IMG/VR virus record: IMGVR_UViG_3300046171_000156
Coordinates: 1 to 60,427 of that record
DNA: 60,427 bases
Strand: one strand, 5' to 3'
Source: a virus
Lineage: Duplodnaviria > Caudoviricetes
Positions 9,780-19,750 of this stretch are shown here, piece after piece (positions within the stretch are counted from its first letter, which is position 1; each line of letters opens with the position of its first letter). Position numbers and translations under genes: made by a program. Under the pieces are notes generated by a model, which did no database searches, was not told the origin of the DNA, and was given only the letters and a program-made list of their open reading frames with translations.

Positions 9780-10496
9780 ATGGCATCAACATATTCATCA
9801 TTATTACAGCTAGAACTTATAGGGTCTGGCCAACAAGCAAATGCGTGGGGTAATACCACCAACAATAACCTTCAATATGGTCTAGAATACTCTATTGCAG
9901 GAGTATATACAAAGAATCTATCATCGGCCTCTAGCCCTTACACTCTTACTGTTGCTAATACTATTAGCTCAGCACAAGCAGATAATGAAAACAGGCAATC
10001 AGCTATTATATTTACAGGGCATGGATCTAACTTTATTATTCAAGTTGCCGCAGCACAGAAAACATATTTTTTACGAAACAATAGTGCAACATACACTATT
10101 ACTATGCGCCTTGGTGCGTCTGGTAATACTTATGTTATACAACCAAGCACAAGTGTATTTTTAGCAACAGATGGTACTAACTGGTATAATCTACAAACAT
10201 CAGGAACAGATTGGCTAACAAAAACAGGAGCCTATACAGCTTTTCCTGGCGATAAATTATTTGTTGATACATCAAGTGGTGTTGTTACTATAACATTACC
10301 TGCAGCTCCTGCAACAGGAGACGAGGTAAGATTTGTTGACCTTGCTAATTCTTTTGATACAAATAATTTAACAGTAGCAAGAAATAGTTTAAAGATAGAT
10401 GGTCAAACATCAGACTTAACAGTAGCTACCGAAGGTGCAGCTTTTTCATTAGTGTATTCAGGTGCAACTTACGGTTGGAAACTAACGGAGAAATAA
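9780..10496 (+). CDS. Tail fibre/baseplate-type protein
   Basis: MASTYS...LEL...WG.TTN N-terminus; C-terminal VDTSSG.VTITLPA.P.TGD.V.F.D...F.TNNLTV.RN..KIDG repeat of T4 long-fibre/wedge type. Confidence 0.6.
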   Translation: MASTYSSLLQLELIGSGQQANAWGNTTNNNLQYGLEYSIAGVYTKNLSSASSPYTLTVANTISSAQADNENRQSAIIFTGHGSNFIIQVAAAQKTYFLRNNSATYTITMRLGASGNTYVIQPSTSVFLATDGTNWYNLQTSGTDWLTKTGAYTAFPGDKLFVDTSSGVVTITLPAAPATGDEVRFVDLANSFDTNNLTVARNSLKIDGQTSDLTVATEGAAFSLVYSGATYGWKLTEK

Positions 10497-10497
10497 T

Positions 10498-10749
10498 ATG
10501 CCTACATACGAATCAATAAAATATAAATTCTCAGGAACAGCTATAACTGGTGTAATGCAAGAAGCCAGTAACTTGAGTGATGTCGCTTCTACAACAACGG
10601 CGAGAGATAACTTAGGTGTAGAAATTGGTGTTGACGTACAAGGGTTTTTTTCTGCTAGCGCAGGAACCAACGCTAATGGAGCACGAACAGTAAGTACCTC
10701 TTCTCCTTCAGGCGGAACTGATGGAGATGTTTGGTATAAGTATTCGTAA
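10498..10749 (+). CDS. Small tail protein
   Basis: NLSDVAS..TARDNLG and RTVSTSSPSGG.DGDVWYKY fibre motifs. Confidence 0.5.
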   Translation: MPTYESIKYKFSGTAITGVMQEASNLSDVASTTTARDNLGVEIGVDVQGFFSASAGTNANGARTVSTSSPSGGTDGDVWYKYS

Positions 10750-10755
10750 TGAGCT

Positions 10756-11655
10756 ATGCCAGTTTACGTTAAATCAGGCGGTACATGGCGTGAAACATCC
10801 GAACTTTATGTAAGAGACGCTACTTCCTATACCAATAAAACTATTTTAAATGGTTACATAAAACAAAGTGGAGCTTGGGAAGAGTTCTATACACTCTTTA
10901 CAACAACATCTTTTTCACAAACAACAGGATCTGTAGTTGTTCCGTCAGGAGCAAACGCCATACATTTTCAATATGCTGTTGGTGGTGGATCTGGTGGTAT
11001 GCGAGGAGCTGATTATGATAAAGCAGGCGGTGAGTCTGCTGGACCTGCAGGAGCATCAGGAGCTTATCTATCAGACGTTGTTTTTAGTGTAACCGCAGGT
11101 GAAACATTATCTATAACAGCAGGAACGGCTGGAGGAAAAGGAACAGGTGTATACTCTGGAACATCAGGAGCTGGGGGTAATACAACAGTGACAGGAACGA
11201 CAACAGGAGATATACTTACTTTAAACGGTGGCGGATCTGCTTCTGTATCAGGAGGCGGTGTGCAAGGACCTCTTCGTAATAACAGTGCAAGCACAGGAGG
11301 AACTCTTGGAACATTAGCCACTAGACTTACATCAGGAACAACAACCGATGGACTTAACATAACAACATTTACTTCTGGACCTGCAAGTTCTTTTAATGCA
11401 GCAGGAGCAGGAGTAGCAGGAACTAATCCTGGAAACTGTGGTGGTGATAACTGTACTATTGGTGGTGGTGTCGGTGGTGCATCTTATGGTGGACTTTCAG
11501 GAACAGGTGGTACAAGCGGATCAAACGGTAGTACAGCAGGTGGCGACGGCTCTCGTGGTGGAGGCGGTGGTGGCGGTGGAACCGAACCTGGATCTTCATC
11601 TGGAGGAGATGGCGGTGCTGGTGAAGTTAATTATAGATTTATGAGGATTACATAA
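10756..11655 (+). CDS. Glycine-rich tail protein
   Basis: 299 aa, extensive GG runs, VYVKSGGTW N-terminus. Confidence 0.6.
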   Translation: MPVYVKSGGTWRETSELYVRDATSYTNKTILNGYIKQSGAWEEFYTLFTTTSFSQTTGSVVVPSGANAIHFQYAVGGGSGGMRGADYDKAGGESAGPAGASGAYLSDVVFSVTAGETLSITAGTAGGKGTGVYSGTSGAGGNTTVTGTTTGDILTLNGGGSASVSGGGVQGPLRNNSASTGGTLGTLATRLTSGTTTDGLNITTFTSGPASSFNAAGAGVAGTNPGNCGGDNCTIGGGVGGASYGGLSGTGGTSGSNGSTAGGDGSRGGGGGGGGTEPGSSSGGDGGAGEVNYRFMRIT

Positions 11656-13490
11656 TGCCTTTAACGAAGATAGCATTTGCCCCTGGCATTGATAAACAAG
11701 ATACGGAGTACGGAGCAGCAGGACGTTGGACTGATTCTGACATGGTACGCTTTCGTTATGGTCTACCAGAAAAGATTGGTGGATGGGTAGAACTTATTAG
11801 TGATAAATTAATTGGTGTCATTCGTGACATGCATGCATGGACAGATTTAGATGGTATACGGTACACGGCTCTCGGCACCGATAGAAAATTATATATTTAC
11901 TCAGAAGGCGCAGCTTACGATATTACTCCTATTAGAGCAACGCAAGCAGGACTAAGTAATCCTTTTGCAACAGTAGATGGTAGTGCAACGATTACTGTAA
12001 CTGATAATGCACACGGCGCACAAGCTGGTGATTTTGTAACCTTTAGCGGAGCATCAACAACAGCTGGTTTAGATATGAACAAAGAGTTTGAAATATCAAC
12101 ATATGTTGATCCTAATACATACACTATTACGTACACAGGAAGCACGGCTAACGCAACAGGTAATGGAGGCGGAACAGTAACGGCTACCTATCAAATTAAC
12201 GTAGGCTTATCTGAGTCTGCTTATGGTTATGGTTGGGGAACAGGAACATGGAATACAGGAACATGGAACACGCCTCGTTCTACAACAACGGTTACTATTA
12301 ATGGACGTAACTGGTCTTTAGATAACTTTGGTGAAGATTTATTAGCTACTGTTTCTGGTGGTGCAACGTATGTCTGGAATACATCGTCAGGTTTAACAAG
12401 TAATAGAGCAGCGGTAGTAAGTAACGCTCCTAGTAAATCTCGTTTTAATTTAATATCTATGCCTGATAGACATGTCTTTTTATTTGGAACAGAAACAAGT
12501 ATAGGATCTACCTCTACGGCTGATGATTTATTTTTACGTTTTTCTTCGCAAGAAGACTACAACACATGGACACCGACAGCAACAAACACTGCAGGTTCTT
12601 TTAGAATTCAAGACGGGTCGAAAATCATGGATGCTATTCGTTCTCGTAATGCTGTATTGGTTTGGACAGATACAAGTTTACATGCACTACAATTTGTTGG
12701 TGCACCTTTTACATTTAGCTTATCACAAATAGGTGCTAACTGTGGAGCAGTATCACAACATTGTGCGGTAGATGTTAATGGCACAGCCTTTTGGATGTCA
12801 CAAAATTCTTTCTATAAGTTTGATGGTGCAATATCTAAAATGCCATGCAGTGTTCAAGATTATGTATTTGAAGATTTTAATATAACAACACAACCAGAAA
12901 CATATGCTGCTGTTAACTCAGAGTTTAATGAAGTAACATGGTTTTATTGTAGTTTAAATGCACAACAAATAGATCGTTTTGTTACTTACAACTACTTAGA
13001 AGATTGTTGGTCAACAGGAAGCTTAGCAAGAACAGCTTGGACTGATTATGGAGTCTATGAAAAACCATATGCAGGTTACTATTCTACAACAAACCTTGGC
13101 ACAACACCTACGGTTTTAGGTGTAACAGCAGGAGCTTCAAACATATATCAACAAGAAACAGGAACAGATGATGTAAGTTCTGCTATTGATGCCTTTATTG
13201 AATCAGGTGATTTTGATATTGCAGATGGACAACCTTTTTTACATATAGGTAGAGGCATACCAAACTTTAAAGATCTAGCAGGATCTGTAGATATTACTTT
13301 AAAATTTAAAACATATCCTAGTTCTACAACTCCAACAACAGTAACGAGAACAATTGTCTCGACAACAGAAAAATTTGATTTAAGAGGTAGAGGAAGACAA
13401 GCAAACATAAAGATCGAAAGCGATGCTACTGGGGACAATTGGAGATATGGTACATTGCGATTAGACGTTCAACCAGATGGGGGCAGATAA
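11655..13490 (+). CDS. Tail hub/stabilisation protein (P22 gp10 / tubular-B-like)
   Basis: 611 aa beta-propeller-like, W.DSDMVRFRYG.PEKIGGW start and RGRGRQ...R.D.QPDG.R end; precedes ejection genes. Confidence 0.65.
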   Translation: MPLTKIAFAPGIDKQDTEYGAAGRWTDSDMVRFRYGLPEKIGGWVELISDKLIGVIRDMHAWTDLDGIRYTALGTDRKLYIYSEGAAYDITPIRATQAGLSNPFATVDGSATITVTDNAHGAQAGDFVTFSGASTTAGLDMNKEFEISTYVDPNTYTITYTGSTANATGNGGGTVTATYQINVGLSESAYGYGWGTGTWNTGTWNTPRSTTTVTINGRNWSLDNFGEDLLATVSGGATYVWNTSSGLTSNRAAVVSNAPSKSRFNLISMPDRHVFLFGTETSIGSTSTADDLFLRFSSQEDYNTWTPTATNTAGSFRIQDGSKIMDAIRSRNAVLVWTDTSLHALQFVGAPFTFSLSQIGANCGAVSQHCAVDVNGTAFWMSQNSFYKFDGAISKMPCSVQDYVFEDFNITTQPETYAAVNSEFNEVTWFYCSLNAQQIDRFVTYNYLEDCWSTGSLARTAWTDYGVYEKPYAGYYSTTNLGTTPTVLGVTAGASNIYQQETGTDDVSSAIDAFIESGDFDIADGQPFLHIGRGIPNFKDLAGSVDITLKFKTYPSSTTPTTVTRTIVSTTEKFDLRGRGRQANIKIESDATGDNWRYGTLRLDVQPDGGR

Positions 13491-13657
13491 TGGCTAAAAT
13501 AAGTACAACAAGATTTCCGCAAGCAACACCAGAGTATCAAGCATCACAGTTTGATGTGCTAATAAGATTGCTTGAACAAATAACTCAACAATTAAATTTT
13601 GGTTTTCAACAAGATTTAAAAGATGAGTCAACAGCAAGGAGTTGGTTTCTTGGCTGA
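13490..13657 (+). CDS. Small virion protein
   Basis: MAKISTTRFPQATPEY..., TAATG coupled. Confidence 0.55.
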   Translation: MAKISTTRFPQATPEYQASQFDVLIRLLEQITQQLNFGFQQDLKDESTARSWFLG

Positions 13658-13982
13658 TGCATTTTTAAGTTTTTCTAGAACAGGTACAGGTACAGCGTAC
13701 ACTGTTCCAACAGCAAATGAAGGAGCAGTTCCTCCTGTTTTACCCACAACAACATTGGTAAAAAGTATTTATATATCGAATGAAACTGGAGGCGCTGTTA
13801 CAACAACCGTAGCTGCTGTCGATTCAAGTGCTACAGTAACTACTGAATTGTATAAAGATAGTATGGCTGACGGTGCTCAACTACAGTTGCTAGATCAACC
13901 AATTGTTTTAGAAAAAGCAGATACTATAACTCTAACAGGAGCTGGTATTAAAATTTTAATAAGTGTAATGGAGATAACATAA
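13650..13982 (+). CDS. Small virion protein
   Basis: TTG start after AAGGAG; YTVP...TTLVKSIYISN...VLEKADTI, similar in style to 1011. Confidence 0.55.
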   Translation: MADAFLSFSRTGTGTAYTVPTANEGAVPPVLPTTTLVKSIYISNETGGAVTTTVAAVDSSATVTTELYKDSMADGAQLQLLDQPIVLEKADTITLTGAGIKILISVMEIT

Positions 13983-14239
13983 TGGCATTTAAAAAAGTAC
14001 AAGAATCAAAAGAAATAGGTAAACAACTTATTGACGGTCAAGAACTTCCTATTATTCAACCAGAAGTACACATGGAAGTAAAAAATAAAAAAACAGGAAC
14101 TGACTATGAGTCAGAAGAACACGCTCAACAAGACGTTGATAACCCATCTACCGACACTACAAATGACGATATTGAAAAAAATATAGAAATTAAAGTAGTA
14201 AAATTACCTGACGTTTTTGGTAAAACTAAAGACGACTAA
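13982..14239 (+). CDS. Hypothetical acidic protein
   Basis: 85 aa ORF, SD GGAG, coupled. Confidence 0.55.
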   Translation: MAFKKVQESKEIGKQLIDGQELPIIQPEVHMEVKNKKTGTDYESEEHAQQDVDNPSTDTTNDDIEKNIEIKVVKLPDVFGKTKDD

Positions 14240-14316
14240 GCTCCACAGTTTTCACAGAAATCATCGCAAATACATTTATCTATATCGCAGCCACAAGCGG
14301 GACAGTTATTGTCCAT
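14236..14316 (-). CDS. Cys-rich metallothionein-like peptide (26 aa, missed by ORF track)
   Basis: MDNNCPACGCDIDKCICDDFCENCGA*; start overlaps end of 14306..14527; stop abuts convergent gene. Confidence 0.6.
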   Translation of the reverse strand: MDNNCPACGCDIDKCICDDFCENCGA

Positions 14317-14527
14317 TTGCTGCCGCCTTATGCTTTGCCATGTTTTCTTGAACAAACATTCTTTCATCTTCCGTTAAAGGTCTACCCATACTAGGAGGTT
14401 GAGATTGACATGAACACCCGTCAACGTGTTTTTTGTGATCTCTTTCTACTGCTAATAAACGTTCATGATAGCGACTCACCTTATCTGCGAGGACAGCTAT
14501 AGCTTTCAATACTTCTTGATTTTCCAT
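14306..14527 (-). CDS. Hypothetical protein with HKKH...CSC motif
   Basis: 73 aa, SD AGGAG upstream on minus strand. Confidence 0.6.
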   Translation of the reverse strand: MENQEVLKAIAVLADKVSRYHERLLAVERDHKKHVDGCSCQSQPPSMGRPLTEDERMFVQENMAKHKAAANGQ

Positions 14528-14621
14528 AATATCTCCTGATTTATAATTTTTGGGTGAGATCTAATTTAAACACGTCTGTCATTATTTTCAAGTAATCTTT
14601 TTATAATTGTTTTCTTGACAA

Positions 14622-15314
14622 CTAATTTGAAATAGTGTCCCAGCCACTTGGATGAGGTATACAGTGTTCTGTCTTTACTCCTGGTTTCATGGTAAGTAAC
14701 ACATCACCACTTATACTTATTCTAGCTTCGTCTTGTGTATTTACTTCTGTATAATGCAATAACCCACTTGGAAAAATAATAAAGTTACCTGTCTTCACAG
14801 GAAAAATGTAACTAGAAAAATTAAACTGATTCCAATCTACAATGTACTGATCAGTTGGAGGTATAAACAAACCCGTCTGTGCTGCTAGCTCTTTTTCAAA
14901 TCGTATGTTGCCCATGTCATCATTACGCACATAATACACAAAACTAAAATGACTTGCGGTGTGTTTATGACTAGCAATGTGTTGATTTTTTACGGTGTAC
15001 GTAGCCCATGATTTTGTAATATGAGCATCAAATTTTTCTTTACTGTATCCTTTTGCTGTTAAAAAAGCATTAATATTTGCTCCTATATTTTTATATAACT
15101 CTTTATATTTACTATCTTTATGTAAATTATCTCTAGCTTCTTCTAAATCAGTAAACATGGTATTACCTTTGACATCAGTTGTAGCTGCTGTTCTACCTGG
15201 TTTTTCTTTTACAAAAGATTCAATATGCTTTGCTGTCTCTTTATTATTATTTTCTATATGCGTATGATAAATAGTTTCACCAAATAAACTATTAATTATT
15301 GCTTCTTTCTCCAT
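14622..15314 (-). CDS. 2OG-Fe(II) oxygenase (TIGR02466-like)
   Basis: SW...H.H...FSFVYY...IFPS.L.H...RISIS motifs. Confidence 0.8.
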   Translation of the reverse strand: MEKEAIINSLFGETIYHTHIENNNKETAKHIESFVKEKPGRTAATTDVKGNTMFTDLEEARDNLHKDSKYKELYKNIGANINAFLTAKGYSKEKFDAHITKSWATYTVKNQHIASHKHTASHFSFVYYVRNDDMGNIRFEKELAAQTGLFIPPTDQYIVDWNQFNFSSYIFPVKTGNFIIFPSGLLHYTEVNTQDEARISISGDVLLTMKPGVKTEHCIPHPSGWDTISN

Positions 15315-15582
15315 AACTTACCTCTAAATATTCTATTTTTGTTACCCAACCCTTTAGGTATGGCGATAGCGCCACCGCCATGATTGTCATCTTTATCCGT
15401 GCACCCACGATCTCATCATAACTATTTTTTCTTCTGTATTAACGACCATCCACCCTACTTCTTGACACACGGCTAACGGAGCACCTATAATATCCTTTAC
15501 AGGCAACCATCCTGTCTCTGTATCACGGGCATCTAACCACGTCACAACGGACCATCGGCACTTTCTTTATGTCAAAGCTCAT
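15292..15582 (-). CDS. Conserved phage hypothetical protein, three apparent 1-nt insertions
   Basis: Reconstructs MSFDIKKVPMVRVTWLDARDTETGW...CQEVGWMV...AIPKGWVTKIEYL... Confidence 0.55.
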
Positions 15583-15699
15583 ATTTCTCATTGCAACATT
15601 ACAACAAATATGCCTATAAATATAGAATAAAATAGGTTCATCTATTCAAGGCTTACCTTCTTGCAAAATCAGACAATATCATGAATTGCCAAGGAGTAC

Positions 15700-16528
15700 A
15701 TGTTTAAAAAGTTTTTTAGAAAAGTCAGAGATACCGCAAAAAAAATTGCCCCTATTGCAGCCCCTATTGCAGGTATGGCTTTTGGTCCGTTAGCTGGGTG
15801 CAGGTATCGGAGCATTATTAGGACAATACGGAGGAACTAAAGGAGCACTACAAGGTGCTATGCTTGGAGGTATTGGTGGATTAATGGGTGGAAAAGGAAG
15901 TTTATTTGGTGGATCAGGAGGAGCAACTGCAGTTCCTAGTACAGTAGCAGAAGCAGCTGCAAGTCAAAATCCACTTTTATTAAAAAATGCTATAATGAAT
16001 GCCCCTGTTCAAGAAGCAGGTGGCATAGCTAAGTTAATGGGTATGTTAAAAAATCCTTACGTACAAGGTGGTTTATTAGCAGCAACTGCTGGTTTAATGA
16101 ATAAAGAAGAAGATGATGAAGAAAGAGATGAAGTAGAAGTAGGAAGTCAAGGACAACTTGGTGGTATGAGAGTTGCCGATATAGAATATTTACCAGCAAA
16201 TGTTCCTATAGGACCTGCAGGTTATGCAGGTTATGCAAATGGGGGTATTGTTGCTTTGGCAGAAGGCGGTACGCCTCCTCCAAAAAATATGGATGACTAT
16301 CCACGAAAAAATGGTAATATAGCTGGACCAGGAACGATGACATCAGACGACATTCCTGCAATGCTAAGTGACGGCGAGTTTGTTACTAAAGCGGTAAGTG
16401 TTATTGGTGCGGGTGTACGCGAAGGAGCGGACAACATAGAAGACGCTAGAGAAATGGGTTCTGACTTCTTTTATAAACAACAAGATGAATTAGCAAAGCT
16501 AGGAGAGAGATTAGTCAATGGCAACTGA
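15700..16528 (+). CDS. Internal virion/ejection protein 1 (frameshift near 15797)
   Basis: SD AAGGAG; MFKKFFRKVRDTAKKIAPIAAPIAG... glycine zipper joins track ORF 15860; C-terminal GPGTMTSDDIPAMLSDGEFV. Confidence 0.6.
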
Positions 16529-17525
16529 TACAGTAGTACAAGAACAAAGGCAGGCGCCTTTTATTGAGAAACGTTCAGAGCAATTATTAGCATCTGTATT
16601 CGGGGATCCGAACGCGGTTCAAGAACCAGGTGAAAGTGATTCGGCGTTTCAGTATCGTAAATTTGGATTATCAGGTGTACAGAATCCAGTACCAGGTCAA
16701 CAATTAGCGGGGTTCACGGCTCCCCAAACAGCAGCTTTTGGTTTAGCTCAAGCAGGCGTTGGAAGTTATGCTGATGAGTTAGCAAAATCTCGTGCAATGA
16801 CAGACATGGGTGGTATTACCAGTCAGTTTGCAGGAACATCACTTGCAGGTGGTATGGATAAATTTGATCCGTCAAAAATGGTAGATCCATATATGAATCA
16901 ATACAATGATTTTGTAACGGCAGAAATACAAAGACAAGGAGATATTGCTAAAAATAAATTAGCAGGTCAAGCAACAAAAGGTGGCGTCTTTGGAGGTTCT
17001 AGGTACGGAGTACAACAAGCTGAATTAGATAAAGGTATTGCATCTCAAATAGGAATGCAGTCACAAAAGAATTTTGAAAACGCACTTAAAGCAGCAATGA
17101 GTGGTTTTGAGTCAGGAGAGAGAAGAGACTTAATGGGCGGTCAACAGCTAGCTAGTCTTGCTAAAACACAAGGTCAGTTAGGAGCATTACAAGGAGGACT
17201 TGGACAATTAGAACAAAGTTTACTCGGACAAGATGTTAAAGGTTTACTTGGTATCGGTGGTATGCAACAACAAATGGGTCAAGCAGGACTTGATATCGCA
17301 AGAAAAAATCAAATTGAAGCACAACAAGAACCGTTCAAACGAGTTCAGTTTGCAAGTGACATCTTACGTGGTGTCCCTAGTTCTGGTACTACATACACAC
17401 AACAACCAGCAACGAATCCATTATTACAATACGCAGGCCTAGGAATTGCAGGACTAAGTGGTTTAAGCGCATTTGGCGAAGCGTTCCCTAATAACCCAAT
17501 GTCTCAATTTTTAGCAGGTAGTTAA
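16518..17525 (+). CDS. Internal virion/ejection (DNA transfer) protein
   Basis: Q/G/A-rich helical, YMNQY...GVFGGSRYGV motif and hydrophobic C-terminus typical of podovirus pilot proteins. Confidence 0.6.
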   Translation: MATDTVVQEQRQAPFIEKRSEQLLASVFGDPNAVQEPGESDSAFQYRKFGLSGVQNPVPGQQLAGFTAPQTAAFGLAQAGVGSYADELAKSRAMTDMGGITSQFAGTSLAGGMDKFDPSKMVDPYMNQYNDFVTAEIQRQGDIAKNKLAGQATKGGVFGGSRYGVQQAELDKGIASQIGMQSQKNFENALKAAMSGFESGERRDLMGGQQLASLAKTQGQLGALQGGLGQLEQSLLGQDVKGLLGIGGMQQQMGQAGLDIARKNQIEAQQEPFKRVQFASDILRGVPSSGTTYTQQPATNPLLQYAGLGIAGLSGLSAFGEAFPNNPMSQFLAGS

Positions 17526-19750
17526 TGGTACAAAAAACTTTTAATGTAAATTTAAACACTGAAGCTTATCCGACAGATAAAAATAATGCTTTTGGGTTTA
17601 ATATTCCTAACACACCGAGTCAAAGTGACTATGTAGGTATTTACGATTTAGCTACAAGAAATCAAATTTATAATGACCCTAATGATTTAACATCAGGAAT
17701 ACCTGCGGAAGAAGTAAAAGTAGAAACAGATACTGTCATTGACAAAGATGATGGTATTACAGGAGTAGCTAGTACTGATGTATTAGAAATGTATCCTGAA
17801 TTAAAAGGTAAACTATATAAGAGTAATGCAGATGTAAGATTAGATATTTTAGCTAATGCGTCACAAGAAAAAAATAATTTATTAGCAGCGGCACAATTAA
17901 AAGATGATCCTGCAAAACTAGAAGCAGCAAAGAAAAACGCACAAGATGATCTTGATGCTTTTATGAAAAAATATGAAAGTAAACCTTCAAGAGATTTAGA
18001 AGCTATTAAATCTTTTTATGATGAGTCAGAAAAAGAATTAGATGCGTTGTATAAAGAAGACGACATGTCTTTTGAAAAAAAATTGGCACTAGCTCAGTTT
18101 GGTTTAGAACTTGCAGGGGGTAGATCATGGAACGGTAGAGCACTTCCTATCTTGTCAGAAGCAGGGCAAAACCTAATTAAAAATTTAGGTGCTATCAATG
18201 CGCAAAGAAAAGCTAATGCAAAAGACAAGAGAGTAGCAAAAGCTACATTAAAAAGAGAAGAAGGAAAAACATTATTAGAAGCGGCACAAAATAATGCAGC
18301 AGAAGCAGCAACACTTGAATGGGATGTAATGAAAACAGGTTTTACTATTGCGTCGGATTATGATGACATGATTAATACCAATGCTGCTAATGACAGAAAA
18401 GTATACAATGAGCAGTTAGCTAATAGCATTCAAGGAAATTTTGATATATTTGAAAAGTATGTGGGTGAAAAATATCCTGACGCTGATACAGGTGTAACAC
18501 AATTTATCTCTAAAAGAACAGGGCAAGTAACAATGCCTCGTGTAGGAGTAAGAAAAAGCAACGGAGAAGTGTTTGTTTTTGCAGATCCAAATATACATCC
18601 TGGGTTAGTCGATTCTAATGGACAACCTATTTTAGTTAATGCTGATTTATATGCAGACATGTCAGTAGACGGTGGTGGTATAACATTTTCGTCTGGTGGT
18701 ATGATGCCAGGTGCTGAAGGTTTAAAAGGTGGTGTAAAAGATTTAAATAAGTTTTTTGAAACACAAGATACGCTTAACCAAACGGCAGCAGTGTTAAATG
18801 GTTTAGGTACAATGAGACAAGACATATTTACTGATGGCACAAGAGTTGGTTGGGCAGGGGGAGCAAGAAGTGTTTTCCAAAATACTTGGAGAAATGCACA
18901 AACTGTATGGCAAATGATTACAGGAGATGCTTCAAAAAGTGCTAGTAAAAACCCTAATAGTGCAGAATATTGGAATGGTGGACAAGAGAGATATTATGTA
19001 ACTGATTTATTAGGTGGTCCTGAAGGAAGTGAAGCTAATGAATTTGCAACTATGGAATCACAAGATGAAAATGGTAATCCTATAGTGACAAGTATTTTAA
19101 GTGATACACAGAAAAAAGGATTACAAGCAGCAGTTAATCAAGGAACAATTATGATGACAAATGATTATGATGCTTACATAGCGGCTAAAGCTGCAGGAGA
19201 AAAGTTTGTTGTTTTAGGTGATGGTGATAGTGTTTCAGTAGAAGATTTAGATTCTGTATTTACAAAAGATTTTTATGATCCCGCAATTGATAAAATGCAA
19301 GTTAGAGCACAGTCTTTAATTTATGCGTTGGCTCGTTCTCGTAAAGCATCAGGAAGATTAAATAAAGACGATATTGAACGTGCGTCTTTAACATTAAACT
19401 TATATGGTAAATCCGATAGAGGTATTGATGCGTCATTAGAAGTTGTACAAGTAGAACTGCAAACATATCTACGTGATGAAATATCTAAATTACGACAAGG
19501 ATACTTTAATGAAAAAGATAGATCAGGAAGAGATCCTTTTGTTGGATGGGCTAAAGATTGGATTGATAGAGGAAACTATATGCCTTCTTATTTTGAACCA
19601 TGGGTTAATGAATATCTACCTGAGTCTTATCAAAACAGAACAAGGTACAGAGCATTTGATGACGTTTCTATTATGACATCAAGTAGTTTTGAAGAATACG
19701 ATTCTGGTATGGGTATTTCAGGATCAGTAGTAACGGAAGAAGGTGGCTAA
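17525..19750 (+). CDS. Internal virion/ejection protein
   Basis: 741 aa helical, LAQFGLELA motif, lies in ejection block. Confidence 0.5.
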   Translation: MVQKTFNVNLNTEAYPTDKNNAFGFNIPNTPSQSDYVGIYDLATRNQIYNDPNDLTSGIPAEEVKVETDTVIDKDDGITGVASTDVLEMYPELKGKLYKSNADVRLDILANASQEKNNLLAAAQLKDDPAKLEAAKKNAQDDLDAFMKKYESKPSRDLEAIKSFYDESEKELDALYKEDDMSFEKKLALAQFGLELAGGRSWNGRALPILSEAGQNLIKNLGAINAQRKANAKDKRVAKATLKREEGKTLLEAAQNNAAEAATLEWDVMKTGFTIASDYDDMINTNAANDRKVYNEQLANSIQGNFDIFEKYVGEKYPDADTGVTQFISKRTGQVTMPRVGVRKSNGEVFVFADPNIHPGLVDSNGQPILVNADLYADMSVDGGGITFSSGGMMPGAEGLKGGVKDLNKFFETQDTLNQTAAVLNGLGTMRQDIFTDGTRVGWAGGARSVFQNTWRNAQTVWQMITGDASKSASKNPNSAEYWNGGQERYYVTDLLGGPEGSEANEFATMESQDENGNPIVTSILSDTQKKGLQAAVNQGTIMMTNDYDAYIAAKAAGEKFVVLGDGDSVSVEDLDSVFTKDFYDPAIDKMQVRAQSLIYALARSRKASGRLNKDDIERASLTLNLYGKSDRGIDASLEVVQVELQTYLRDEISKLRQGYFNEKDRSGRDPFVGWAKDWIDRGNYMPSYFEPWVNEYLPESYQNRTRYRAFDDVSIMTSSSFEEYDSGMGISGSVVTEEGG

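Noticed and set aside
10756-11655. GG runs in the glycine-rich tail protein as copies of the GG tag
   Set aside because: Generic poly-Gly fibre composition without the flanking pattern, so not counted
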